This document shows positions 26,758 through 39,214 of a DNA stretch of 64,000 bases, in pieces. How positions within the stretch are numbered: the stretch's first letter is position 1; each line of letters begins with the position of its first letter. The stretch spans positions 110,362,001 to 110,426,000 of the forward strand of contig CM059431.1 in assembly GCA_030390025.1 (NCBI GenBank). The letters are read 5' to 3'. The position numbers were made by a program, and so were the translations under genes. Origin of the DNA: Squalus acanthias (taxonomy: Eukaryota). Below the pieces are notes generated by a model, which saw only the letters and a list, made by a program, of their open reading frames with translations, did no database searches and was not told the origin of the DNA.

Positions 26758-27057
26758 GCTCCTCCAATTCTTGCCTCTTGTGCATCCCTGATTTTCATCG
26801 CTCCACCATTGGAGGCTGTGCCTTCAGCTGCCTAGTGCTAACCTCTAGAATTCCCTCCCTAAATCTCTCCACCTCTCTACCTCTCTCTCTCTTCCTTTAA
26901 AACGCTCCTTATAACCTACCTCTTTGACCATGCTTTAGGTCGCCTGTCCTAATATCTCCTTATGTGTCTCGGTGTCAAATTTTGTTTGATAACGCTCCTG
27001 TGAAGCGCCTTGGGATGTTTTACTACATTAAGGACGCTATATAAATGCAAATGGTTG
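26758..27057 (+). mobile_element. L2 LINE 3' end continuing from the minisatellite
   Basis: Same family as 7409-7770. Confidence 0.8.
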
Positions 27058-27465
27058 TAGAAACTGTTAGCAAAGCAGGTAAAGAACGATAACAGACTTT
27101 TCTTCAGTTTTCACCATTAAGTCTCGTTCCCATGCTAAAATATGTTAATAAAGGTTATCGTACGAAAAATAAGAGAAGTTGCTTATTAAGAACTGTCAAG
27201 TCTTTGTTACAAGGCAATCAAGAGAAACTTATGCAATTTGGGATAAATATAATGACTGAGTTCATTATCCAAGATCATACCTGTCAGTTGGCTTTGTGAA
27301 GAACGGGCAAAATATCAAAGGTTAAGCACAGCCCTGACAGCTAAATAGTTCAGAGATGAGATTTTCATCCTGACAACATGGGTGCAGTAGCATTGCCGGT
27401 TATTACATCATACAGTAGAAGCTCGAGGAGAGGCTGCCTGGGAATGCAGAACAAATGCTGGTCTC

Positions 27466-27922
27466 ACAGTGTCAGCTGTGGCTCAGTGGGTAGCACACTC
27501 GCCTCTGAGTCAGAAGGTCATAGGTTCATAGTCCCACTCCAGGGACTTGAGCACATAAAGCTAGGCTGACACTTCCAGTGCAGTGCTGAGGGAGTGCTGC
27601 ACTGTCGGAGGTGCCGCCTTTCGGATGAGACCCCGTCTGCTCTCTCAGGTGGACGTAAAAGATCCCATGGCACTATTTCGAAGAAGAGCAGGGGAGTTAT
27701 CCCTGGTGTCCTGGCCAATATTTATCCATCAACCAACATCACTAAAAAACAGATTATCTGGTCATTATCACATTGCTGTTTGTGGGATCTTGCTGTGCGT
27801 AAATTGACTGCCGCGTTTCCCACATTACAACAGTGACTACACTTCAAAAAAGTACTACATTGGATGTAATGCGCTTTGGGATGTCCGGTGAAGGGCGCTA
27901 TTTAAATGCAAGTCTTTCTTTC
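27466..27922 (+). mobile_element. Full-length DeuSINE (SacSINE1-like)
   Basis: A-box TGGCTCAGTGGG, degenerate B-box, Deu-like core, L2-like tail. Confidence 0.8.
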
Positions 27923-29560
27923 TTTGGCAGCACTCCATGCTCAGAGGCAGTGCCCATTTTATGTGAATTAGCCTACCCTGAGCTTCAGCAAGGTATTCAA
28001 TCATGGAGTGGCGTCATAGCTGATCCACACCTCACCTGGCAATCACACACGTACACCTCCGAGAAGGGATCACTGGATAATGATCAGGGCTAAAAAGAGA
28101 GATTACTTTTACGTAGCAGCTTATCACATCACTCAGAAATGTCCCAAGATAGCTCACATATAATGAAATACTTTGAAATGGAGTAACTGTTGTTGCATAG
28201 GCAAATGGAGCAGCCAACTTTCACACAGCAATATACCACAAACAGCAATTGGATTAAAAAAAAAAGCGAATCTGTTTTTGGTTGCGGGAAGGAAGTTGGG
28301 CAAAGATACAGCTCATAGTTTTTTTTTAAGCAGTGGGAACCAGGAGCTTGATGTGAAGGGAGTTGTGAGTGAAATGTGTTCTACTCCTCCATGGCCGTAC
28401 TGTCCCATGCTGCTAGCAAGATCTAGATTTTAACAAAGGCTTTGTTAAGAAAACCCAGAGAAGGATCATTTTGCTTTCCATTCTATATTATAAGTGATAG
28501 TGCCACTTTAAATATTATAATATTAGTTTTATATGCCCGGTAATGATGCACCTATTTAAATGCACTCAGAACATCACACAACATAGGCTTGTACTTCTGG
28601 TGAGAAACAGATTCGTACAAAATGTGTATTTTGTTGTTTCATTATAAAACCTTACTTATGGCTGTGCATAACACAAAAACTAATTTCAGCTGGCTAGTTG
28701 TTGGTGTTATACAATTGGCTAGAGTCTCTGGGCCAGGCATAGAAAAACCAGCCAAGATTCCTTGTTTCTAATTACTATCCAGTGACCCCTAGCTGGAAAG
28801 CGAGTGCGTGCTGATGTTGGGTGATGACAGGATTGGGCTCAGCCGTAACAATCTCTGCGATTGGATACTTGTTGACTGGGCTGTCTAGAATTACGGAAGT
28901 GAAGATTGGCCAGTGAAGTGCCAGGGGCTGCTAGTGCCCATGGAAATGTCTCCCAGGATGAGTCAGTGCCTTCAGGAGATGAGGGGAGAAAATAGTAACC
29001 AAATGAAAAATAAGGAAATGGATCTTGATTTGTTTCATTGGAAAATGTAGGCTACGGTTCTCCTTTAGACTTGGGGCCAAGTCCGCATGTTAATGAACAG
29101 ACTCCCTCAACTCTAAAGCAATCCGTCAGCGATGACTCGACAAGAATTTTTCTGGGCATTAGGAATGGAATGCAGTTGGGTAGGTGCACCGACTTTGAAT
29201 GAAGTGAAGAATGAAAACACAAGCAACGTATCTTGATGTGGCCTAACACGATGGTATGGCTTCACCTTTAGATCTGTCCAACAGCAAATGGACAACCGGA
29301 CTGGGTACCATCAAGCCTACTATAAACTTTCCATATTCATAGCAATGGTGGGTGAGGCTAATGTGGTGGTACAATTTTTTATATTTGTGTCAATGAGGAT
29401 GAAAAGAATTGAGCAGGTGACCACAGCTACTGGTCAAAGACTAGTATGGGTTCTGCCCACGTATTATCTAGTTCGAACCTCCTGGCTCAAGCTGCCATTC
29501 TCCTGTCCATGGTTATATACGTGCACAGAGCTCCTCTCCCCCCCACCAGTTAAAATTTAA

Positions 29561-30453
29561 GGGGGAGAAATTCAGTATCGCCCCATTTGGGGCGCAATTA
29601 TCGGCCGGGCGCAAAGATTAGTGCCTGGCGCTAATTATCGCCACCGACTGCAAACTTGACTTTTATCGCCCTTGGAGGTGATTGCAGTGCTAAATCAGGC
29701 GCTTCACACCTGTCTTAAGGCGCAAAGGCCGAGGAGCGAGGCGCTACCTCAGAGCGCTGGCGAAGCTCATGTAATGTCAGTCAGCAATGGAACACACACA
29801 CAATGGCACGGGCCAGTTCTTAAAGGGGATGGTTAATCTTGCTTTCCATCCACATCCTGCTCATTGCAGCCTTGAATCTCGGCCTGGAGAGACCTGCACA
29901 TCAAATGTGCTGGAAAGAACAATGGAGAGTACCAGGCAAAGAGCTCAGAGTGCAGCCCCCACAGTCTCTGCTAAATCGATACAAGGAAGGGCAAATCAAA
30001 ATGAACCTGGAAAGTGCTGGTCAGTACCCAAAACTCCTTCACACAACGTTGAATCTCTCCAGAAGTCTCTCCCTCTCTCTCTCAGAATGCGTAGTTCAAA
30101 AATGGCACCAACAATAAAAGGCAGGAAGCGGACACCTTTAAATAGCGCTCCCCCTTTCCCTTCATGACTGCAGAACGCTCCCCTCAACCTGTCGTTGCTC
30201 GCGTCAGGCGGTAAGGCAGGGGGCACCACTCAATATCCGCTCCGGGGCGATACCGGGGCATTGCGCACTCGAGTGACGTCATGATCTGCTGGCGCAAGAG
30301 ATCGTGGCGGTAGTGTTTAGCGCCGCCGCAAAATGTCTAGTTAATTTCACGAGCGGCGCAAACTTCGCCGCGCCTGGGCGCTAGATGCTTTGTGCCCCAT
30401 TAGCGCCCTCTTAAGGCGCTAACGGGAGGCGCAACCAACTGAATTTTTCCCCC
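29561..30453. mobile_element. Non-autonomous Harbinger element (893 bp), internal deletion derivative of the family at 58191
   Basis: TIRs GGGGGAGAAATTCAG / CTGAATTTTTCCCCC; TAA TSD at 29558-29560 and 30454-30456; left and right halves match the two ends of 58191-62501. Confidence 0.9.
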
Positions 30454-31499
30454 TAAATGTTTAGAAAAGAAGGGTGGGGATGTCTGCCACGTCTGAACAG
30501 GATAAAGACCCCACTCCCTCCCCACCGGACCTTTTTTTTTCTGTTCATCAAGGTGAGAGACAATTTATGATGGAGAATAGGACTCTTCCAATTTCAGGTA
30601 GCCAGTGACAACAGCAAGCATTTCCAGGTGAGGTATAGCACAGCCGGATGCAGCGTAAAGGTCCTTCTACTCTGCCCCCTGGCAATGTGCCCCAACCCCA
30701 AACCTTACTATTGTGACATTTGTTCCCATTTCCCACACCGGCCATTGTGTGGCCTCTCTGAGTAAGATTGCCAATCAGTGCCACATCAGGAAGAGTTTTG
30801 TACAGTTGTCCCATGCACACTAGGGACTGGATTGAGAAACTCATTCCATGTAGAACTTTTACAGTCAACAGACAGAGGAAACATTCATTCATCAGTCTGG
30901 GATGGATTTGAACCCAGGTCCCAGAAGTGAAAGGTCAGTGTCAGTACTACCCACTTCAGGGGAGCACTTTTTAAACCTCTTATGAATTGCACTGGAGTTA
31001 TACTTCATCTGGTGTTAACCCCACGTGATGTGAGGCCACTCCGCCAGCGATCTCACACTGCTTCTTTCAAGAGTTGGGGCTGTAAAGCAGAAAACACGTT
31101 GCAGAGACGCTGAAATGCAGCTTAAAATTCCCAAAAGGTACCTTGTGAATAAAGTGGGAACAAGTTGAAGAAATATTTTAATATGATGAAAGGAAAGGAT
31201 CAGACAGACATCAAATTAGATTGTGAAGTGATCTATGAGTAAAAGTCTGCCAAAAGCTATGCTGTAAAAAAATGTTGGAATGCAAAGTATGAAACTAGCA
31301 AGGTACACGGAGGACAAGTGAAGTATGAGTAGAGTGAAAAGACAAAGTAGTCTGAAATAGTAAGATAGGGGTGAATGTTGGGGTGGTTTGATTATGGGGC
31401 GATATACCTTAAGGTAGATTAGAGAGTGGTTAAGAAGAAAGACAGTAAAGGAAGGAATAAAAAAGAAAGGTAAAGCAAATTGAAAAGTATGAAAGTTGG

Positions 31500-32720
31500 A
31501 TCAAGGTTGCAGTGTCTATATATGAATGTGCAAAGCATTAGGGAGCTATAGGGACTCATTAGAACGGAAGGAAATGGTTTTGTAGCCTTGATGGAAACTT
31601 GGCTTCAACTGGGATGAGACCGGGCACAAAATATTTCTTGCTATAAAATTTTAAGGGGAGGTAGAGAAGGCAAACAAAAGGATGTGGTTAATTAAGAACC
31701 TGATTACAGCCGTACATGGGAACATTTTAATTGATGGTGGTACTCGGATGGGATCAGTCCGTGCTGAGTTAAAAAATAATGAGAGATCGGTTACCAAATT
31801 GGGAGTTGATTATAGGCCACTGAATAGTGAGAAAGAAATCAAAGATGGCATGCGTAGGACATTTAGAGAAGTTTGCAGTAGTAACAGAATTATTGCAATG
31901 GGGACCATTAACTATGCTAAGTTAGATAAGATAAAAGTTTGTGATCCAAATGCAGACATGTCCGTGTGCCGTCTGCCCATTGTTACTGCTGAAGGCCTGG
32001 GCCATTTTGAGGCCTGGGCCTCAATTACATGCAGCCGGTGAGCTGTGGGTGCCAAACAGGAGGGCGAGAAAATGACTGGCTTCCACACTGAGCTGTCCGG
32101 CAGGTCAGGCTTGGAGTGGCGGGGGGGTGGCGGCATGGGTGGGGTGAAGGGGGCGAGGGTGGAAACGATCCTGGAGGGGGCCTTGCATGGGCCAGCAGCT
32201 AGCCGGAGTTTTTTTGAGGGCCCAGGAGTGCAGCTACTGGCCCCGCAGCAAGAAATGTTGAAGAGAAACTTCAGCCATTTTCCCTTTAAGGATTGCTGGC
32301 TGAGCCACTCAACACCTGGTACAACTGGAACCATCCCCACCCCATCGCAGGACCCTACCCAAGGTGCCAGCGTAAATAGTGGAGGGAAGTGACCCAATGT
32401 CATTTTCAGGCTGCTGTTTATGTCAGGTAGGGAGGGGGGGCCCTTAAAATTGGCCCTTGTTTCTTTAATCGGTATGTTGCAGATGCAATAACAAAGGATG
32501 TAGAATTAGATCCAGTTCTACGTAAAGAAGCAGAACAAGTAAGTGAAGTTAGAGAACACTTGGGAAATAATGACCATAACCAGCACACTGAAAATAGATA
32601 AAGATTTAAAAAAAAGTGTTAAAGGTGTTGGACTGGAAATCAATTAACTTCAGTAGCATAAAAAGGGACAAAGTCCAAGTTAATTGTTTTAAAAAGTGGC
32701 AGATCAAACAGTGAGAGATA
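31500..32720 (+). mobile_element. Old CR1 ORF2 endonuclease region interrupted by a GC-rich insert (~31950-32457)
   Basis: Degenerate APE motifs (CLYMNVQSI, METW, GVDYRPLNS, LGNNDHN). Confidence 0.5.
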
Positions 32721-33049
32721 TTTAAATGTACGATGGACGCTTAAAACAATCTAAAATGAAATTCAAAATGGTCACCGTGGGCTGAATTACTGTTGGATTC
32801 AGTGAGGTCAGCTGCAGAGGCTTATTGGAATATAGTCTCGGCACATTGACCATCGCTTGGCCCAGCACAAGGGGGAACGGGGGCACACAAATGCCATGAG
32901 ACCTCCCCCCCCTCTCCACCCCACCCAACTGAGGATTAGTAGGCTACCAGCACATTTCCTTCAGCCACTGAGGGAGCACTTAGGAGAAGCACTAGATTAC
33001 ATGGTACACTCACCAAGGCACTGGGAAAACAAACATTAGTGGGATATAC

Positions 33050-33440
33050 CGTAGACTGCATATCACCTTCAACCATTTCTTTCTCTTCTTTTTCCTCCTC
33101 CTCTTCCTCCTCTGACAAGGGTTGATGTTGTGCATCCTAATCCTCTGTCTCCATGACTACTCCTCTCAGGTTTGTGCCATTGTGCAATAAGCAGGATGCA
33201 CAAAAGACTTTGGAGTTGTTGCCAGGGCTACAGAGCAGAACCTCTCCCTTCTCGATCTCTCCAAACAGTGGCATTTCTGCTTCAGCATGCCAATAGTATG
33301 TTCCACCAGAATCTGGGTAGAGGCATGAGCTTCATGTATCTAGATTCTGCATCAGTTTGTGGGTTTGTCCAGCGGATCAATGGTCAGACCTGCTGTGGGT
33401 ATCCTTGGTCCCCTAAGTAGTCAACCATCTAGTCTGTTTG
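33050..33440 (-). pseudogene. Harbinger transposase C-terminal relic
   Basis: LLGDQGYP...VEHTIGMLKQK plus an acidic EEEEE run, resembling 60882-61300. Confidence 0.55.
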
Positions 33441-33605
33441 CTCCTTCAAATAATGATGGTGCAGTGGACAGCTGAAAAATGAAGGACTCATGGCTGCTTC
33501 CAGGGATTGTGCATTCTGAAGGGGTTGTGCTGATCTCCCACCGGATCTCCAGCTGGAGACTGGTGGAACTCCCCACCCCCAGGAAACAGCTGAGACCTGG
33601 TTGCA

Positions 33606-33920
33606 TCTCTGCGCTCCTCCAATTCTGGCCTCTTGCACAATCCCGAGTTTCATCGCTCCACCATTGGCGGCCGTGCCATCAGCTGCCTGGGCCCTAAGCT
33701 TTGGAATTCCCTCCCTAAACCTCTCCACCTCTCTACCTCTCTCCTCCTTTAAAACGCTCCTTATAACCCTACCTCTTTGACCAAGCTTTTGGTCACCTGT
33801 CCTAATATCTCCTTACGTGGCTCGGTGTTAAATTTTGTTTGATAACGCTCCTGTGAAGCGCCTTGGGAGGTTTTTTACGACATTAAAGGTGCCATATTAA
33901 TACAAGTTGTTGTTGTTGTT
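33606..33920 (+). mobile_element. L2 LINE 3' fragment
   Basis: Same family as 7409-7770; (GTT)n tail. Confidence 0.8.
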
Positions 33921-34297
33921 GCACCGGGAATCCACCATTTCCAGGAATTTCCTCTTTGCTTTGCTCAAAGGATGGCTGGGGCCAGAGCCGTGGGCAGGGA
34001 CTCCCTAAACCAGGAGTTCCTGCACCAGTGACTGGAAGGGAACCTGGAATAATCGTGGCAACCAGTACAGTATTGGGTCCAGGCCTGGCAAGTGGCTTGG
34101 ACCCCTGAAGAATTTAATTTTTAAAATTTTTCTGTCCTTCTTTCACAGGGGGCTGACAGGACACTTGGCGAGGTTAGGGAGGGAACAGGGCAACCAACCA
34201 CACCGCCCCTCCCCATTGGACGGGCAGGCGCCGGAGTTTCTGGGAGTTGTGGGCAGGTGGATGCTGGAGGTTACACTTACCACCCCTCCGTGAACTT

Positions 34298-34760
34298 AAA
34301 CTCATCCAAAACTCTGCTCCCCGTACCCTAACTTGCACCAAGTCGTGCTCACCCTGTGTTCGCTGACTTACATTCGCTCCCGGTCTGGCAACACCTCGAT
34401 TTTAAAATGATCATTCTTGTGTTCAAATCCCTCATGGACTCGCCGCTCCCTATCTCTGTAAACTCCTCCAGCTCCAGAACCCTCCGTGATCTCCCCAATT
34501 CTGGCCTCTTGCGCATCCCTGAATTTCATCGCTCCACCATTGGCTGCCTAGGTGGAAGCTCTGGAATTCCCTCCCTAAACCTCTCCGCCTCTCCACCTCT
34601 CTCTCCTCCTTTAGGTTACGCCGTCAAACCTACCTCTTTGACCAAGCTTTTGGTCACCTGTTCTAATATCTCTTTATGCGGCTCGGTGTCAAATTGTGCC
34701 TGACAACGCTCCTGTGAAGCGCCTTGGAATGTTTTATTACGTTAAAGGCGCTGTATAACA
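34298..34760 (+). mobile_element. L2 LINE 3' fragment
   Basis: Encodes LHSLPVWQHLDFKMIILVFKSL; L2 3' end. Confidence 0.75.
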
Positions 34761-35370
34761 TTAACCCTTGTCTACACTATTACATCATACAATGATGAAT
34801 CACCATTGAAGGTGCAAAAAAGATTGACAAGAATGATACCACAAGTTGTTGTTGTTGCTTGATAGCGGCGAGAAGAAGAGAAAATAGATTACAGGAATAA
34901 AGGTGTAGACACTGGAGAGTTAGGAGTGGTGACTGAGAGCTTGGCCAAAAGATGGGTCAGAAACATACACAGTTAGCTGTGCATAAGTTGCGACATGGGG
35001 CTCCTGACCCAAGGGTGCGTAGGTGTCAAATGCCTCAGGTGCAATTGCACTTGCCTTTTATCTCTCTGTATAAACTCCTCTTCCTTTTCCAGATCTAGGA
35101 CAGCTATAGGAATGGCCAAAGGAATTCCTATGATGAAAAATTGCTCACTGCAAATGAAATGGCAGCTGTTAGCAAGACTATTGTGGGCAAACAATTGTGC
35201 AGAGCAAGCCACGCAATGCAAAATTCAGTGCCAAATACCAGCAGCAACTAATGCACCCAGGACAATGCAGAAAGAGATATATGAATGCGAACCCACCCCC
35301 CCCACCCACTCCCAGAAATTTGATGCTGTAATTTGATCAGTCAAACACACCTTTAAGAAGTAACCTGCTA

Positions 35371-35752
35371 AATGAGTCAGAAGGTTGTGGTTTCAAGTCC
35401 CACTCCAGAGACTTGAGCACAAAATCTAGGCTGACACTCCAGTGCAGTGCTGAGGGAGTGCTGCACTGTCGGACCATGCCACCTTTCAGATGGGTTATAA
35501 AAGATCCCACGGCACTATTTTGAAGAAGAGCAGAGTGTCCTGGCCAATAATTATCCCTCAACCAACAGCACTAAAACAGATTGTTGGGTCATTATCACAT
35601 TGCTGTTTGTGGGACCTTGCTGTGCGCAAATTGGCTGCCGCGTTTCCTACATTACAACAGTGACTCCACTTCAAAAGTATTTCATTGGCTGTAAAGCACT
35701 TTGGAACGTCCTATGGTCGTGAAAGGCGCTATACAAATGCAAGATCTTTCTT
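35371..35752 (+). mobile_element. DeuSINE (SacSINE1-like)
   Basis: Homologous to 27466-27922. Confidence 0.75.
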
Positions 35753-36044
35753 TATTCTTTAAAGCCAGAGCAGCAAGGTCCAGCAATGCCCATTTTATAT
35801 GGACGGGCAGGGAGCGAGTGAAAACAATCAGTGGTTTTGTTGTGAGACCAATTTACATAGGATTGAATTAAATTAAGTAGTGCAATGAGGTTTGCTATGA
35901 GGCCATTGAAAAAAATCAAATGAAAACCCCCCCGAGTTGAGTTAGATGTGTTCCTGCAATGTGTGGATGTGCTCTCAAAGTGCACCATGGCTGAATCAGC
36001 TCTCGAACATAGTAAACAGTGCTCATGGCATCCTACAATTAGTA

Positions 36045-36503
36045 AAAGAAAAGAAAGACTTACATTTATATAGCGCCTTTCACGACCACCAGATGTCTCA
36101 AAGCGCTTTACAGCCAATGAAGTACTTTTTTGGAGTGTAGTCATTGTTGGAAATACAGCAGCCAACTTGCACACAGCAAGCTCCCACAAACAGCAATGTG
36201 ATAATGACCAGCTAATCTGTTTTTGTTATGTTGATTGAGGGATAAATATTGCCCAGGACACCAGGGATAACTCCCCTATTCTTCTTTGAAATAGTGCCAT
36301 GGGATCTTTTACATCCACCTGAGAGGGCAGTCGGGGCCTCAGTTTAAAGTCTCATCTGAAAGACGGCACCTCCGACAGTGCAGCTCTCCCTCAGCACTGC
36401 ACTGGAGTGTCAGCCTAGCTTTATGTGCTGCAAGTCCCTGGAGTGGGTCTTGAACCCACAACCTTCTGACTCAGAGACGAGAGTGCTACCTACTGAGCCA
36501 CAG
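36045..36503 (-). mobile_element. Full-length DeuSINE (SacSINE1-like), reverse strand
   Basis: Reverse complement of 27466-27922. Confidence 0.8.
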
Positions 36504-37959
36504 TTACATGTTGTTCTTCTTAATTATAGCCCTGAGTTACGATAATTCAGGAAGATAACTAAAAACTCCCTGAGTTTAATGATTTTTAGCAGTAGGTGAG
36601 CAAAGACGGGCTTTCCAAATAGAACTGATTGTATTATGCTCATGCTTGTAGATATGACTCATTTGAAAGTCCCTATCCCAGACTATATGAAATTCAATAA
36701 AATCAATTGTGTGTGTATCTTTGTCGACCAAGAGACAGAATTGCTGCAAAGTCTTGAAGCTGAAATGACTGTCGATCTAAAGTGAAAGTTATAGAAGACA
36801 AAGTCACTCTTTTTTTAAGTTCACTGCAGTGAGGATCTGGCCCATCCTTTGCTGGGCTCCCGATTACAATCCACAACATCACACAATACATTGACCGAAA
36901 AGAAGTATTAGTTTACAGAAGAGAAAGAAAAGTAAACTGTGAATGCTGGAAATCCAAAATGAAAACACAGGTTACTCAACATCTGAAAGAGAAATATAAG
37001 TTGACATTTCAGGTTGGTCCCTTCATTAAAACAAATTCTGACTAACTGTTCCACCCAAAGTCCAAACCTATCTCATCCTTTCAGTACCTGTTGTACGTTC
37101 CCAGTATTTACCTTGGTTGAATTTACAAGGTATGTTTTCTGATCCTGGCAGTGGGAGGCTGGGCTGGAACACTAGGAGCTTTTTGCTCGCACAAATCGTG
37201 CATTGCTGATCCCATCAGATCTTCTGGAGTTGGCCTTCAATTTTTACTCAAGGTGAGCGCTCAGCCTGGATTGCACCTAACGTTGGGAGCTCAGCAAAGG
37301 AGAGAGTGGGAAACCCAGCACATTATCAGCTCTTAAGTGGTTGCATGCCACAATTGAAGGACTGTGACCACTTAAAGGTGGCCACATGTGAGGACTAATT
37401 CTTTTTCAGTCTTTGCAAAGGCTCTATGGGGAAAAATAATTTGTTGGCAAAAACTACCTTTGCCTAGCAACTGGGCATGTGAAGGTACAGTCTATTTTTA
37501 GGGGATGCGAGACCTGCTTATGGGAACGGTTAGTGATGCTGAGCTCAAGGAGAATAACTAGGGTGAAAACAGACTCACTGACAAGATATCTGGGTACTTA
37601 GGATTTATTACCAAGTAATTTCCAGTTCTATCCATCTGCTGCTGTCTGAGTATTTTGCTAAAAGATTCCCCCAACTTTAATTTTATTCGACGGCCATAAG
37701 AAAGTATGGAATAACAAAAGGCCATTTGGAATATCAGGCCTTCACCTTCAAACAAAGCCTGTGCAACATGTATTGTCATGGACTCTATCCAACTTATTCA
37801 ATCTGGTAAGAGAAGAACCACCAGCGAAACTTGCAGAAGGTAAGATTCTGATATTTCTCTTAATCCCCAAAGACAATTGAGTGAAATGTTACAAAATTGC
37901 AATCGCCATTATTCAAACCTGGCTGATTGCACTCCATATATAACCCCCGTTCATCAGGA

Positions 37960-38078
37960 TCATCGACCTGAAACGTTAACTCTGTTTCTCTCTCCGCAGA
38001 TGCTGCCTGACCTGCTGAGTATTTCCAGCATTTTCTGTTTTTATTTCAGATTTCCAGCATCCGCAGTATTTTGCTTTT
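37960..38078 (+). mobile_element. Penelope pLTR fragment
   Basis: GACCTGAAACGTTAACTCTGTTTCTCTCTCC...GCATCCGCAGTATTTTGC. Confidence 0.65.
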
Positions 38079-39000
38079 GCCAATTCTGTTTTCACCCTTT
38101 CAGGAGCTACAGGTTTTAAATCTCGAAATTATTTGTTGATGTCTTTTGACTTTCTTTTGTATTAATGTGCTTTTGAAAGTAGACCAACCAAAATTTCAAC
38201 CATGACCTTATGAATAAGGGAACAGATTTAATTAAACTAGCTTATTTTGTTTATAATTGTTTTATTTGTAATACCCTCAAGATGAAGCTTTTTGAAAACT
38301 ACTTTGCCATACCAGGCACTTTCAGTGAACGGTCAGTAGTCACACACAATTCTTTCCATTTAAAACTTTTCTCAATGAACACCTGTCCATCCTGAGAGAA
38401 TTCCTTAAGAAAAATATTATTCACGTAAGGGGAAGCATTTGTTAACGCTTTCCTGTCCAACCCCACACCTTATTGGCTTACGTCAAAATAGAACTCATTC
38501 ATTCTGACCATGCGTTTCGTGTTTTCTGTACCAGTGTGAATAACTTTACATTTATCCATATAAATATCCTTCTGTTATTCTTAATCGTTATTGTTTAACT
38601 TAACTACATCACTTTAAATGGCATTGGATTGGTTCCAGTATACTTCCAGAAACACCTATGGGTCAGACTGTTCTGACTTTCTTTTTATCTTGAAGATCAC
38701 TTAGACAGATTTGCATCTGTCAAGCATAACAAGTTTGCTCAATACCACTAAATCTTGAATTACTTTGTTTATAGGTGCATTTATCAAAGATCTTTATTTG
38801 GAACACAGTTTTTTTTTAAAGACACATCTGTCACTTCGGCAGTGAGGTAATATCTCAGTTACCTACAAATGTAACTGTTGCTATGCGTTTGGGCTTATGC
38901 AAATTCTATAAATTTGTTGCATGGCTTTGTTTTGCTGAAATTGTTGTTGAGTTAATTGCTGTATATAGGTTACAAGATTCCAAATAGTGATCTTGTTTAT

Positions 39001-39212
39001 TTACATAGAATTACATAGATTGTACAGCACAGAAACCGGTCCATGCCAGTGTTTATGCTCCACACGAGCCTCCTCCCACCCTTCTTCATCTAACCCTATC
39101 AGCATAACCTTCTATTCCTTTCTTCCTCATGTGCTTATCTAGCTATCCCTTAAATGCCTATTGACCTCAACTACTCCTTGTGGTAGCGAGCTCCACATTC
39201 TAACCGCTCTCT
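39001..39212 (-). mobile_element. CR1 3' end, reverse strand (family of 5085-7190)
   Basis: Reverse complement similarity to ~6950-7190. Confidence 0.7.
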
Positions 39213-39214
39213 GT

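Noticed and set aside
27466..27545. tRNA gene
   Set aside because: tRNA-like head of a SINE continuing into the SINE body; no intact cloverleaf evident
37502..37845. Possible coding exon ending in AG|GTAAGA
   Set aside because: Stops in the frames examined and no recognisable protein; at most non-coding
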